Assembly: GCA_041651395.1 (NCBI GenBank)
Contig: JBAZJI010000003.1
Coordinates: 1-54,949, forward strand
Source: Minisyncoccota bacterium
GTDB lineage: Bacteria; Patescibacteriota; Minisyncoccia; Minisyncoccales; JAGOPM01
Reading direction: 5' to 3'
Length of the DNA: 54,949 nucleotides
Shown here: piece by piece, positions 6,995 to 15,787 of the stretch
Layout: every line of letters starts with the position of its first letter
Position numbering within the stretch: position 1 is the stretch's first letter
Made by a program: the position numbers and the translations under genes
The notes under the pieces: generated by a model
Databases searched by the model: none
What the model saw: the letters and a program-made list of their open reading frames with translations, nothing else
What the model was told of the DNA's origin: nothing

Positions 6995-7249
6995 ATGTTT
7001 ATTCCCATAATGGATTACAGACTAACTTCTAGTATGGCTTTATCAATGTCTGCCAATCCAAACATCCATACATTGCAACGCTACTATTTGGTTATTCTCT
7101 GTTTAATGAATGGCTTTTTGTTAATTCCATATACTCTTCTACAAAGAGACACCAGTCTATTACTCAATCGACCAGTCTACACCCACGAGTTTGCAAATCC
7201 ACATCGATTAATAAAAGAATGGCTTAACAACTGTTTACAAAAGGAGTAA
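6995..7249 (+). CDS. Hypothetical protein
   Basis: AAAAGGAGGACTAA-ATG. Confidence 0.55.
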   Translation: MFIPIMDYRLTSSMALSMSANPNIHTLQRYYLVILCLMNGFLLIPYTLLQRDTSLLLNRPVYTHEFANPHRLIKEWLNNCLQKE

Positions 7250-7253
7250 TATT

Positions 7254-7484
7254 ATGTACACAATCACAATCAAAGCCAGCCTTTGTTGTGCTGGCAAAGG
7301 TGGGCACTGTACATCCAGTATACACTATTCCACTCACATTTCCACAAGCAACCTCAGAATAATGCAAGATAGATTGGAACAAATACAACTAGCCCGACTT
7401 CGCTATCATGCTATTACCGAAGGTTGGCACTACGACGGCGAACATTGGTATTGTCCACACTGTGCCGATGAGAAAGGAGTTTAA
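7254..7484 (+). CDS. Hypothetical Cys-containing protein
   Basis: AAAAGGAG SD. C-terminal CPHC. Confidence 0.55.
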   Translation: MYTITIKASLCCAGKGGHCTSSIHYSTHISTSNLRIMQDRLEQIQLARLRYHAITEGWHYDGEHWYCPHCADEKGV

Positions 7485-7486
7485 CC

Positions 7487-7915
7487 ATGCGTGACTATAT
7501 AAACATCGGTAGCACCCCACCCGAAGAGGACTGTGCCCAAGTAGGAAGCGAGGATTATGGCAACAAGTCCCGCCTAGAATGCTGCCTTTACAAACTTGCT
7601 CTCCGCCGCTTTCTTGGGGTAGAACCCGAAGGCGCTCTCTTGCAGATTAAACAATTCCCCCACGACTTTGGTTACTACAAAGAAGTTGTTTGTTACTACG
7701 ACGACCAACTTCCTGCCTCAGTTGACTATGCTTTCTCTTGCGAAAGTGATGGGCCTCTTCGTTGGGTTGACGCTTTGATGGGTTGTCAGACTTGCACACA
7801 ATATATCCCCGGCAAGCCATGTGTTAATAATACAAAGCACCCATGTAAACAACAACCCAGCGATTTCTGTTTATATTATGACGCCATCTCTTGGCTTGAC
7901 GAAAGGAGTTATTAA
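7487..7915 (+). CDS. Hypothetical Cys-rich protein
   Basis: GAAAGGAG SD. 142 aa with many Cys. Confidence 0.6.
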   Translation: MRDYINIGSTPPEEDCAQVGSEDYGNKSRLECCLYKLALRRFLGVEPEGALLQIKQFPHDFGYYKEVVCYYDDQLPASVDYAFSCESDGPLRWVDALMGCQTCTQYIPGKPCVNNTKHPCKQQPSDFCLYYDAISWLDERSY

Positions 7916-8052
7916 TGAATCATCTGGCTCAAGGCTTTGGTATCCTCCCCAGTGTTCCTATGTACGCTTGGGATTACTTGCTTCCTTATCTCTCCGGCTT
8001 GTTCAACTCTCCACTTAACCCATTCAAAGAACTCTGTGATTGGTGTTGGTGA
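7915..8052 (+). CDS. Hypothetical small protein (45 aa)
   Basis: Hand-translated. ATG overlaps the TAA of the previous gene. GAAAGGAG SD. Confidence 0.4.
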   Translation: MNHLAQGFGILPSVPMYAWDYLLPYLSGLFNSPLNPFKELCDWCW

Positions 8053-8065
8053 GAGTGTGCCAGTG

Positions 8066-8136
8066 ATAACACTATAACACTTTGCTTGTCATAGAAGATT
8101 ATTCCCCATGACAAGCATAATATAATAGTATAACCA
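8066..8136 (+). promoter_or_regulatory. Conserved hairpin element, copy 1
   Basis: 10-bp stem TGCTTGTCAT/ATGACAAGCA (8083-8092 / 8108-8117), 15-nt loop AGAAGATTATTCCCC, then CATAATATAAT. Related copies at 27045..27140 and 50406..50485. Confidence 0.6.
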
Positions 8137-8158
8137 CACCACGCAAAGGAGCAATTTT

Positions 8159-8557
8159 ATGTATGACACCAACGTTTCATACGAGAAAAACTATACTGGT
8201 CTTAACGAGAACTGGTGGACTTTGTTTCTGTCTATTGGTTGCCAGACCAGAAGTCTGGCTATCCCGCCTTGTTCTGAGGACCAGCTTCTCTCTATAAGAG
8301 ATTCCGCAAAAGAGTTGTTGGAAGAGATAGACCAAGAATTCGAAAACCAGTGTGAGGCTGGTCGTAGGGATGCCGATGAGTTAGCCAGCAACGTTCAGTA
8401 CAATGCCCAAGGCATAGTCGTGGATTTAAACGAAGCAGTTGCTTGGCTTAATGAGTTCGTTAAACAATCGGATGATGAAACAATTAAAGACAAACTTAAC
8501 TCTGTGTTTACATATATAGACGATGCCATTGATGCACTTAATACAATAACTGAATAG
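8159..8557 (+). CDS. Hypothetical acidic protein
   Basis: AAAGGAG SD. Tracked ORF. Confidence 0.65.
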   Translation: MYDTNVSYEKNYTGLNENWWTLFLSIGCQTRSLAIPPCSEDQLLSIRDSAKELLEEIDQEFENQCEAGRRDADELASNVQYNAQGIVVDLNEAVAWLNEFVKQSDDETIKDKLNSVFTYIDDAIDALNTITE

Positions 8558-8573
8558 AAAGGAGGTTCACGTT

Positions 8574-8975
8574 ATGATTAACTATGCTGAACAACTAGCC
8601 GATGTAGGCCTAACTCTAGCCAACGCAACTCTTGCGAGTTGGTTGAAGTGGATGGAGTTGGCCGATAATCCCGGAGATAACCCACATGCTATTGACATAT
8701 CAGTCCGGACCTGTGGCTTATGCCACTTCTCTGCTGCGCAACATAACATGATAATTGGTGACCCAAACGATGATGAGTGTTGTTGTATCTTGGGTACCAA
8801 CAAAAAGTGTTGTGAAGAGTGGACTGCTGCAAACGTTATACTTCGTAAATGGATACGCGCCCACGCCGGCCACAAACGGCATAGCCAGATTGCATTTCAG
8901 TGGTACGCAAAATGTATGGCAGACTTTATATATCAACAGTACTGCCAAGTGCTTGCAGAATGGGGGCAACTATGA
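8574..8975 (+). CDS. Hypothetical Cys-rich protein
   Basis: AAAGGAGG SD. CGLC and ECCC/KKCC clusters. Confidence 0.65.
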   Translation: MINYAEQLADVGLTLANATLASWLKWMELADNPGDNPHAIDISVRTCGLCHFSAAQHNMIIGDPNDDECCCILGTNKKCCEEWTAANVILRKWIRAHAGHKRHSQIAFQWYAKCMADFIYQQYCQVLAEWGQL

Positions 8976-9343
8976 TAATAAAACCAGGACTATACAAAGC
9001 AACTATTCGTTCGCTGTGGTTTGCCTCTGACCAAGGTGCGTGTCCTCCGGTGATTATTGCCCAACTACGCATTCAGTCCCAATGGAGTCGACGCGTGTGT
9101 GTCCCTATTGTTCTAACCACATATAGATTAAATACCCAAGCTGTTGCCTTGCTATCTCACATTGGCATTACTGAGGACGAATTACTTCTAGGCAAACTTC
9201 CTTCTTCTGGGACAGACCTTATTGGCAAACGTCGACCAAGACTTCTCGTCGAAGTCTATCACCAATTAACCAACAACATTATAACCGAGGGATATAAATT
9301 CTATCCCAAGAAAGGAGGGCGTAAATGCCCGAACAAAACGTAG
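8972..9343 (+). CDS. Hypothetical protein
   Basis: ATGA overlap with the 8975 stop (MIIKPGLYKATIRS...). In frame with tracked ORF 8900..9343. Confidence 0.55.
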   Translation: MIIKPGLYKATIRSLWFASDQGACPPVIIAQLRIQSQWSRRVCVPIVLTTYRLNTQAVALLSHIGITEDELLLGKLPSSGTDLIGKRRPRLLVEVYHQLTNNIITEGYKFYPKKGGRKCPNKT

Positions 9344-9522
9344 CCATGAGTGTAAAGGGAAGCACCTTGACCATCAACATCAACCTGGAAGAAGAACATG
9401 GGGAATCCGCCAGCGGCAAGACCATCTCCATCGCATCAACCAAAGGTAACATCCCTGTCCCGTATCGCACCAAGAAAGGCCATACCCCCATCCTCGGCTT
9501 GAATGTGTATCATAAAGCCTAA
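9325..9522 (+). CDS. Hypothetical protein
   Basis: GAAAGGAGGGCGTAA-ATG. Confidence 0.6.
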   Translation: MPEQNVAMSVKGSTLTININLEEEHGESASGKTISIASTKGNIPVPYRTKKGHTPILGLNVYHKA

Positions 9523-9531
9523 GGAGTTGCT

Positions 9532-9888
9532 ATGCTCTGTTACCCCAACACTTGTCTCAACATTGACAAACACACGGCTTGTGTTTGTTTCTACGGCGTT
9601 AAGATTCTTGAATGGAAAGACTCTGGCCGAAGCCTCTGGCTAACTGTCCGTCTTGATAGCTTCTTGCATAACCGCAAAGGACGTACTGTACATCACACAA
9701 TCAAACGTATGAACCAAGTTCTTAAAGATTCCTGCATAGCTATCAAAGTCCAAAGAAAGGAGGATTATCTTGTTCTTATAGACACCAACACTAACCTTAT
9801 TAAATCTATGCGACCAATTGTTAGTGGTACTTGCACCATCAACATTCGTATCCAGCATAAAACCATTCTCAAAAAGAAAGGACTGTAA
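9532..9888 (+). CDS. Hypothetical protein (possible frameshift donor)
   Basis: AAGGAG SD. Ends ...ILKKKGL with C-AAA-AAG at 9870-9876. Confidence 0.6.
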   Translation: MLCYPNTCLNIDKHTACVCFYGVKILEWKDSGRSLWLTVRLDSFLHNRKGRTVHHTIKRMNQVLKDSCIAIKVQRKEDYLVLIDTNTNLIKSMRPIVSGTCTINIRIQHKTILKKKGL

Positions 9889-9890
9889 CC

Positions 9891-10184
9891 ATAAGTAAAG
9901 AATATATCAAAGACAAAGTAAAGATTGTTGAACCCAACAATGAATTCGAGAAAGAAATCTTGGCTGTCCTCGACAAATACAACACGGGCAAGAATTCCAC
10001 CTATCGCCACGTCTCCATCGTTCTCTCAGCCATCGCCATCGAACCGTCTACTGACGAATACATATCCAAACGACAAGCCAACACAAGTATCGTACTCGGC
10101 AGACCACACTTCGTTGCGTTGGCTTTAGTCTCTGCCCAAGCAGTAATCAATCGCGCAATGTGCCAGATGGTGTCTAACCAGTAG
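9891..10184 (+). CDS. Hypothetical protein with undefined start
   Basis: The frame is open from 9861 and looks coding (KEYIKDKVKIVEPNNEFEKEILAVLDKYN...). The first canonical start is TTG at 9960, without an SD. It is the -1 frame relative to 9532..9888. Confidence 0.4.
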   Translation: MSKEYIKDKVKIVEPNNEFEKEILAVLDKYNTGKNSTYRHVSIVLSAIAIEPSTDEYISKRQANTSIVLGRPHFVALALVSAQAVINRAMCQMVSNQ

Positions 10185-10214
10185 GCAGTATGATAATATA
10201 ATAATGTTTTTCGC

Positions 10215-10243
10215 TTGACTTTCTTTCTATATTATTATATTAT
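10215..10243 (+). promoter_or_regulatory. Candidate sigma70-type promoter
   Basis: TTGACT (10215-10220), 17 nt, TATTAT (10238-10243) in a 235-nt intergenic gap. Confidence 0.4.
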
Positions 10244-10420
10244 TATCTCGAAAGGTTACTTTTTCATGCGTTCTTGCACTAACACAACCAAGTTTACATA
10301 ACCAAAGAAAGGAGTGCTTTTTGCTCAAGCTCTTACAGTTGGCATGGGGGATTCTTTTTCTTTTAATAACCAGCCTTTTTGTAATCCGAGGCTGCCAACT
10401 CTGGTTTCGTTGAGGTTTGT

Positions 10421-10804
10421 ATGACTATCGGATTTATAATGAACCAAACAGTTTCAGATGAGCTGATTCACTTTTGCGAATCAACCAACTTAACCCAACG
10501 TCCAAAGCTCTGTGTCCACGCAAGAGCCTACTTCGAGTGGCGAGAACTCCCAGAGTTCTGCATTGTCATTGAGTACGATGAACCCAACGAAGCAGCCACT
10601 CGATACGTTTTCAAGCTGTGCAAGTCCTGGCCTAAGAAACCAGTAATCTATCGCTTCGACAAAGCACCGCCTGGCTACAACGAGCGCAAAGCAGAAGAAG
10701 CTGCTGCTAGATACAACCACTTGCATGGAAAACAAGCAACACCAAAGCGTGGATACTTAACACCAGAGCAAATCGAGATTCTAAAAAAGTTAGGAGTATA
10801 TTAA
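10421..10804 (+). CDS. Hypothetical protein
   Basis: GAGG SD. Tracked ORF. Confidence 0.65.
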   Translation: MTIGFIMNQTVSDELIHFCESTNLTQRPKLCVHARAYFEWRELPEFCIVIEYDEPNEAATRYVFKLCKSWPKKPVIYRFDKAPPGYNERKAEEAAARYNHLHGKQATPKRGYLTPEQIEILKKLGVY

Positions 10805-10998
10805 TGAGTAAGCAAATTACTCTCAACTTCTGCAAGAAGTACGATTGTAAGTTTCATACCGCAACCTTTGATGCAGAACCAACAGGTTGCACCAAACGTT
10901 TAACTGGTGTCGAGCCTAGAATTAGTTACGGAGTTGTTCTTGAAGAAGCCAATAAAGCAACTCTTGTGGCTATATGTCTTGCATATCACAAAGAATAG
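10804..10998 (+). CDS. Hypothetical protein
   Basis: AGGAG SD. Start overlaps the previous stop. Confidence 0.6.
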   Translation: MSKQITLNFCKKYDCKFHTATFDAEPTGCTKRLTGVEPRISYGVVLEEANKATLVAICLAYHKE

Positions 10999-11029
10999 CT
11001 GCCCACCAGCTACGGAAAGGGGGTGAGCC

Positions 11030-11395
11030 ATGAAGAAGAATGAATTTCGGGGATTACTGGGAACGGAAAAAGACGTATGGGAAAAGCTGGTCGGCGTAAA
11101 ACCGGGCGATTCATTCCCAGTTCTATACTCCTGTTCTGCCGCAAGAAATTCCTCGGCACAAAAACTCTGGATTTTCTTACGTCGTTACCGTACACAGGAA
11201 ATGTATGCCCAAGCTCCCATAGAGTTTATTCTACAAAAGGTGGGAGGGGAGGCGGGCACAGTTCTTTATGTAACCAAGATTGCTCCATCATCTGCAAAAA
11301 TTGGAGCGACCATAACTCCGGCAGCAATGTCGGAAAAACCTAAACCAATAACAAAGAAGGAGAAGAAACATGCCGGAACAAAAGATGCAGATTAG
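11030..11395 (+). CDS. Hypothetical protein
   Basis: AAAGGGGGTGAGCC-ATG. Confidence 0.6.
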   Translation: MKKNEFRGLLGTEKDVWEKLVGVKPGDSFPVLYSCSAARNSSAQKLWIFLRRYRTQEMYAQAPIEFILQKVGGEAGTVLYVTKIAPSSAKIGATITPAAMSEKPKPITKKEKKHAGTKDAD

Positions 11396-11756
11396 CAATT
11401 CCAAAGTAAAAGATGTGGTTATCGATGTGGTATTCGATACCCCGGAGACTCCCGAAGAGTTCAAGGCCCAGTTCAACATGGACGTTATGTTAGCTGCGGA
11501 CCAGGAAGTTCGTCGGCGTATTGCGGCGATGGTTCGTGGTATGATTGGAGCTGGCAAGAGCGAAGAAGATATCCTCGCGGCCGTCGCCAAATGGAAAGCG
11601 GGAACCAGAGGTTCCGGCTTTGGCGCTGTCAAGCCGGACTTCGATGCTCTTGAGACCGAGTTGGACGCCATGAAGAAGCCGGTTCGTGACCAGGCCATCA
11701 CCGCTCTTCGCGCGGCCAAGATTCCTCTGCCGCTCAAGTACCGCACCGCGGAGTAA
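11370..11756 (+). CDS. Hypothetical protein
   Basis: AAGGAGAAGAAAC-ATG. Confidence 0.6.
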   Translation: MPEQKMQISNSKVKDVVIDVVFDTPETPEEFKAQFNMDVMLAADQEVRRRIAAMVRGMIGAGKSEEDILAAVAKWKAGTRGSGFGAVKPDFDALETELDAMKKPVRDQAITALRAAKIPLPLKYRTAE

Positions 11757-11781
11757 CATTAGCTTCTTCCTCCTGATGAAT

Positions 11782-11819
11782 GGCACCACTCTCTGGAACC
11801 CACCCCAGGGAGTGGTGCC
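11782..11819 (+). promoter_or_regulatory. Intergenic 9-bp hairpin
   Basis: GGCACCACT-N20-AGTGGTGCC with an inner CTGG/CCAG pair. Followed by an A run rather than a T run. Confidence 0.3.
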
Positions 11820-11843
11820 GAGAAAAAAAAAGAAAGGTTGATT

Positions 11844-12242
11844 ATGGAAAATAAAAAAGACAATGGTTTTGTTGCAGCCATTATACCTGCGTTGCAGAGT
11901 GGTAATCTTGAGAACATTATCGCGGCTTCCGCCCCTGGTGGAATAGAAGCACAGGAAGCCAGAGGACAGCAATGGTTAGTAGCCTCCCGCAGACTCCCAA
12001 GAAAATGGCAAGGAGCGCGAGATATTGCTCGGTTGGAAGAACTTGGTTTTACGTTCACTGACAACCCCCAAGACAAATTATTCCTCAACGCCACCTTTCC
12101 TGCAGGATGGTCATTGCAGCCAACTAACCACTCAATGTGGAACCAGTTGATTGACGACAAAGGAAAGAAGATGGCTAGCATCTTTTACAAAGCCGCGTTC
12201 TATGACCGTGATGCTTTTGGCCGATTTGAAGAAGCGGAGTGA
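11844..12242 (+). CDS. Hypothetical protein
   Basis: ATG 11844, 6 nt after AAAGAAAGG. Confidence 0.6.
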   Translation: MENKKDNGFVAAIIPALQSGNLENIIAASAPGGIEAQEARGQQWLVASRRLPRKWQGARDIARLEELGFTFTDNPQDKLFLNATFPAGWSLQPTNHSMWNQLIDDKGKKMASIFYKAAFYDRDAFGRFEEAE

Positions 12243-12246
12243 GTTT

Positions 12247-12438
12247 ATGAAAACATGGTTTCTACACCAATGTAAGACATGCAAGAGTTGGCAGCCAGAA
12301 GCAACTCGAATAAACAACTTCGGCAACTGTGATTCTTTACATCGAGTCTTGCTTAAGCCAAGAGAGTTGCGCTGGCTAGGCCACGAGGATAAGCATCTTG
12401 TTCATAGCACACATATTTGTGAACACTATAAGGAGTAA
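12247..12438 (+). CDS. Small Cys/His-rich protein (63 aa)
   Basis: ATG 12247 (MKTWFLHQCKTCKSW...) after GGAG. In frame with tracked ORF 12151..12438. Confidence 0.5.
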   Translation: MKTWFLHQCKTCKSWQPEATRINNFGNCDSLHRVLLKPRELRWLGHEDKHLVHSTHICEHYKE

Positions 12439-12441
12439 CCA

Positions 12442-12780
12442 ATGTCCCGAATCATTCGTCCCGGTAAATTTCGTAGAGACACTGGCCAGCCAGAACCAGT
12501 CATTCCCACTTCTGGCACACCCCCTATTATCTGCCCCGCATGTAAAACTTGTGATACTTTTCTTCCTGGTATCCAACTATACCCAACCGGAATCATTGGC
12601 CAACTAACCATCGCTAACATTTTTATCTGTTCAAACTGTGGAGTCCCGCTCAAGATTGGAGGAACAAGTGGCGATAATAACACTCAGACAAACCAAGAAA
12701 CAAGCAACCAAGAAACCCAAGAAGCCAGCAAAGAAGCTGTCTCCCCCGGAACGCCCGCCGTTGATGAACCCAAGCTCTGA
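12442..12780 (+). CDS. Zinc-ribbon protein with low-complexity tail
   Basis: AAGGAG SD. CPACKTC ... CSNC. Confidence 0.55.
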   Translation: MSRIIRPGKFRRDTGQPEPVIPTSGTPPIICPACKTCDTFLPGIQLYPTGIIGQLTIANIFICSNCGVPLKIGGTSGDNNTQTNQETSNQETQEASKEAVSPGTPAVDEPKL

Positions 12781-13609
12781 CCCAAAGAAGCCAACGTTTT
12801 CTTACACAGGTCTTTGCGATTACATGCGATGTCCTTGGCTTTACATGGCCAAGCATGAGTGGTTTATCGAGCCAGCTTCTTCCAGTGAAGCATTAATGTT
12901 TGGTCGCGCTGTTCATCAAGGGTTAGCAAGCTACGGTTTATACCGTGACTTAGACACCGCTCTTCACTCAATGGATTCTCTTCTTCCTCTTCAACTTGAA
13001 AGCGGCGGCCATCGTGATAGACTCTTGGCCTACCGTGTAGTTAGTGACTATATTGCTACTAACGGCTACCGTATAGAAAACATGTCCGGCGTTGAAATCA
13101 CTGGTATTCACGAGTTCGACAACTTCAATCTTGTTGCTGTAATAGATGGAATAATCCCCAACTCAAACGGCTCTGTAACCGTAGTTGAGCATAAAACTTC
13201 TTCCATGAAAACCGATAAGTATCTTGCTGGCTTTCTAGTTTCTTGGCAAGTCTCTGCCTATGTTGCGGCTGCACAAAAGCTAGGCTTCCCTTGCAAAAAC
13301 TGCTATCTCAACGTCATGTTTATTGGCCACCCAACCAAAAAAGAAGGCGTTCGCATAGAGTTCTTTCCTCTTGCATTAACTAGAACCAAAGACGAACTCT
13401 CCCAATGGGAACGCAATCTCTCGTGGTGGGCTGCTCGTATTGCGGATTCTAAAGCCAATCAAGTCTGGCCCACAAGCGATTCTTGCTACGCCGGTGTCCC
13501 AGGCCGACCATTCGAATGTGACTTTCTAACTCTCTGCCAAGCGGGATGTAAAACCAAAGAAGCCGCACTAAGACTTGGCTTCAAGGAGAGGGAAAAATGG
13601 TGGGAATAA
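12764..13609 (+). CDS. PD-(D/E)XK (Cas4/RecB-like) exonuclease
   Basis: IDGI and VVEHKTS (D...ExK) core. N-terminal CDYMRC plus C-terminal C...C-x5-C-x3-C, arranged like a Cas4/AddB Fe-S cluster. Start uncertain (GTG 12638 is also open). Confidence 0.7.
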   Translation: MNPSSDPKKPTFSYTGLCDYMRCPWLYMAKHEWFIEPASSSEALMFGRAVHQGLASYGLYRDLDTALHSMDSLLPLQLESGGHRDRLLAYRVVSDYIATNGYRIENMSGVEITGIHEFDNFNLVAVIDGIIPNSNGSVTVVEHKTSSMKTDKYLAGFLVSWQVSAYVAAAQKLGFPCKNCYLNVMFIGHPTKKEGVRIEFFPLALTRTKDELSQWERNLSWWAARIADSKANQVWPTSDSCYAGVPGRPFECDFLTLCQAGCKTKEAALRLGFKEREKWWE

Positions 13610-14076
13610 TAAACGATGTTTGTAAAGCCGTAAACATTCTTGTTCGAGATACAAGAGACGGCCGCAAAGTTCTATGCGCATGGGCTTTTGAAGTCGATGT
13701 TTGGGAGTGCAACGACATCTTAATCCAACGCGATAAAACAACTGGTGCTTACTGTGTTATTGTGGAAGTTCCGCAATGGTGCATTGAGCAGTATAATTGT
13801 TTTGTTGTGTTGGCGACCGCCGTTGACGAGTACAACAAGCAAGCCGGGATTGACCGAGTAGGCATTCTCTATCGCAATCCGGCGTTGTTTGCCAACTGCG
13901 GAATGTTGGCTGCTGGTGAAATGCTGCCGTATAAAGATTCCTCCCAAGGAGTCTATCGTGATTGGGCCTACGCTCGTTCTTTGTCCATTGATATGCACAA
14001 TATTATAACAAAACTAAAGAAAGGTGGTGACAAAATAGATGACAAAACCATACAAGAATCCTGTCCCAGCACCTGA
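13597..14076 (+). CDS. Hypothetical protein
   Basis: GGAGAGGGAAAA-ATG. Confidence 0.6.
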   Translation: MVGIINDVCKAVNILVRDTRDGRKVLCAWAFEVDVWECNDILIQRDKTTGAYCVIVEVPQWCIEQYNCFVVLATAVDEYNKQAGIDRVGILYRNPALFANCGMLAAGEMLPYKDSSQGVYRDWAYARSLSIDMHNIITKLKKGGDKIDDKTIQESCPST

Positions 14077-14893
14077 CCCTGATGCTCTGCCGGAGGTCCC
14101 GACAACCAAAGAATGTGTCTCTTTTATGAAAGAGAAGTTTCCCAAAAGAGAGATACGTGGTATTAAATACTCCACAATCATAGAGGACATTCGGACTCTG
14201 CTTATCTATGGCGCTCCGGGAACTGGCAAGACTTACTTCATCGCCACCATGCCACAACCAATCTTCGTCTTTGATATAGATGATGGGCTGAGAACCATTA
14301 GAACAAGGATGAGAAAGGAGAAGTTTAAACTGGCGTATGACTATGAAACATATGATTTTGGCGATAAACATACTCCAGAAAAAATGGCAGCCAAGTTTGA
14401 TGAAGTTAAAGAAGAGAAGAAGTATGCCACGATTGTTTTAGATACAGCATCGAAGCTGAACCGAGCAATCATGGCTCAAGTCTTGGATTTAAAAACCGAA
14501 GGAGGTAGCTCAACTGCCAAGAACGTTGGCGGTGCCCCAGGCAAGCTACACTATGGCATTCAAATCTTCATGTTCGAGAGATTTATCTCTCACTTTATGA
14601 GCTATCCCGGTTTTGTTCTGGTCAACAGTCACGCCGCTATCCAGAAAAACAAAATTGACATGATTGAGGAAGTTATGCCAGCTATTACCGGAGGAGCAAG
14701 CAATCGTTTGAGTGACTCTTTCGACGAGTATTACCACTCATTCTATGACTCCGTAGGCAAACGCTACCGAGCCAATGCTCGCCCGGATGGAATCTACCAA
14801 GCACGTTCTCGTGGTGGACTGCCGGATGTGGTTGGCTTAGACTTCGGGGAAATCATAGACTATATCTACAACGACATTAACCCTTGGGAGTAA
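14039..14893 (+). CDS. Sak4-like AAA ATPase (AAA_24-type recombination protein)
   Basis: Walker A LLIYGAPGTGKTY. Walker B ATIVLDTASK. Sits next to a DUF669-like gene, as in many phages. Confidence 0.7.
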   Translation: MTKPYKNPVPAPDPDALPEVPTTKECVSFMKEKFPKREIRGIKYSTIIEDIRTLLIYGAPGTGKTYFIATMPQPIFVFDIDDGLRTIRTRMRKEKFKLAYDYETYDFGDKHTPEKMAAKFDEVKEEKKYATIVLDTASKLNRAIMAQVLDLKTEGGSSTAKNVGGAPGKLHYGIQIFMFERFISHFMSYPGFVLVNSHAAIQKNKIDMIEEVMPAITGGASNRLSDSFDEYYHSFYDSVGKRYRANARPDGIYQARSRGGLPDVVGLDFGEIIDYIYNDINPWE

Positions 14894-14896
14894 CCA

Positions 14897-15106
14897 ATGC
14901 CAATCACCGGCCGATATTCGATTCAAGAAATGGTTGACTTGCTCCAAGCAGCCGAAATGTTTATTAAATACACCAACAAGAAAGGAGGTCCCGGAAACAC
15001 TATCCATGATTGGATTGATTTGGAGTCAGTCATTGCTAGTGCTGCATACGACGAAATGTCACGTATCGTTAACAATCAACCAAAGCCCACAGTAAAAGGA
15101 GAGTAG
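14897..15106 (+). CDS. Hypothetical protein
   Basis: GGGAG SD. Tracked ORF. Confidence 0.6.
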   Translation: MPITGRYSIQEMVDLLQAAEMFIKYTNKKGGPGNTIHDWIDLESVIASAAYDEMSRIVNNQPKPTVKGE

Positions 15107-15109
15107 CTA

Positions 15110-15523
15110 ATGCCGTTACTACAATTCGTAAAAGGTGTTAAAGATTTGTCCAAGCTGCCCAAGCAGGAACCGCTGGACGCCGGAACTTACGATGTTATCA
15201 TTACTTCCATCGAAGCCAAGTCGAACGACGCTGGCAAGAATTATCTGGAAATCAAGCTCAAAGTCGTTTCGGCCGACAAGAAAGCCAACAGTCGTATGCT
15301 GTTCTATTACCAATCTCTCCCGGCAGAAGAGGACGAGGACGAGAAAGCCGAGGCCAAACAACGCTATTTTCTCAAATTCTTGGAGAACATTGGCGCTGAC
15401 CCCAAGCCTCCGTATAACACGGATAAATGGCTGAATCGCAAATGTCGCGCAGTTGTGGAACAAGAAGAGTACCAAGGTGAGCCTGTTGCCAAAGTCAAGA
15501 AAGTTATCTCGGCTGCGAAGTAG
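15110..15523 (+). CDS. DUF669-like phage ssDNA-binding protein
   Basis: PLDAGTYDVIITSIEAKSNDAGKNYLEIKLKV pattern. Size and position downstream of the Sak4-like ATPase. Confidence 0.55.
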   Translation: MPLLQFVKGVKDLSKLPKQEPLDAGTYDVIITSIEAKSNDAGKNYLEIKLKVVSADKKANSRMLFYYQSLPAEEDEDEKAEAKQRYFLKFLENIGADPKPPYNTDKWLNRKCRAVVEQEEYQGEPVAKVKKVISAAK

Positions 15524-15529
15524 GCTGGT

Positions 15530-15787
15530 TTATGGCATCATTATTTGCTCTTTTATAACATCTTTTAGCATAACATGGCGACGAAACCTAATTGAATAGA
15601 TGATGCCATAAGTAGTTGGCTAGGACGCTATTTGCGTCCTTGCCTTGGGTGCTGGAAAGGGACAGGCTGGAACCACTTAGGAGCAATCCGGTGGATACCG
15701 AGTGGTGGGTTGTAGTCAACTACGATTTCCCCTGCCTTGCGGCTCTGGTTGACAGGAGCCAATAGAAACCACTCCCAGCATCCAAGG
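15530..15787 (+). ncRNA. Structured intergenic leader (unclassified)
   Basis: 12-bp stem 15530-15541/15600-15611 around an AT-rich 58-nt loop. Hairpin 15622-15640. 13-bp long-range stem 15643-15655/15775-15787 reaching into the SD of the 15801 gene. Confidence 0.35.

Noticed and set aside
8067-8080. Resemblance of the recurring AACACTAT motif to the CACTATA core of SP6/K11-type single-subunit RNAP promoters
   Set aside because: No T7-like RNA polymerase gene is present in this apparently complete genome. The flanking bases do not match the 23-nt promoter consensus. It is kept only as part of the hairpin-element description.
9925-10128. Tracked ORF 9925..10128 (+)
   Set aside because: Its product is low-complexity and S/T/P/N-rich, and it has no SD. 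The alternative frame (9861..10184) looks more like real coding sequence.
11288-12181. Minus-strand ORFs of 140-160 aa (11288..11746, 11490..11972, 11759..12181)
   Set aside because: They are antisense to SD-preceded plus-strand genes in a uniformly plus-strand operon, and they have no SD.
12638-12780. Two overlapping open frames (the tail of the zinc-ribbon protein and a Lys-rich N-terminal extension of the nuclease), suggesting dual coding
   Set aside because: Both stretches are low-complexity. A start at ATG 12764 with a short overlap is the simpler reading. The sequence alone cannot decide.
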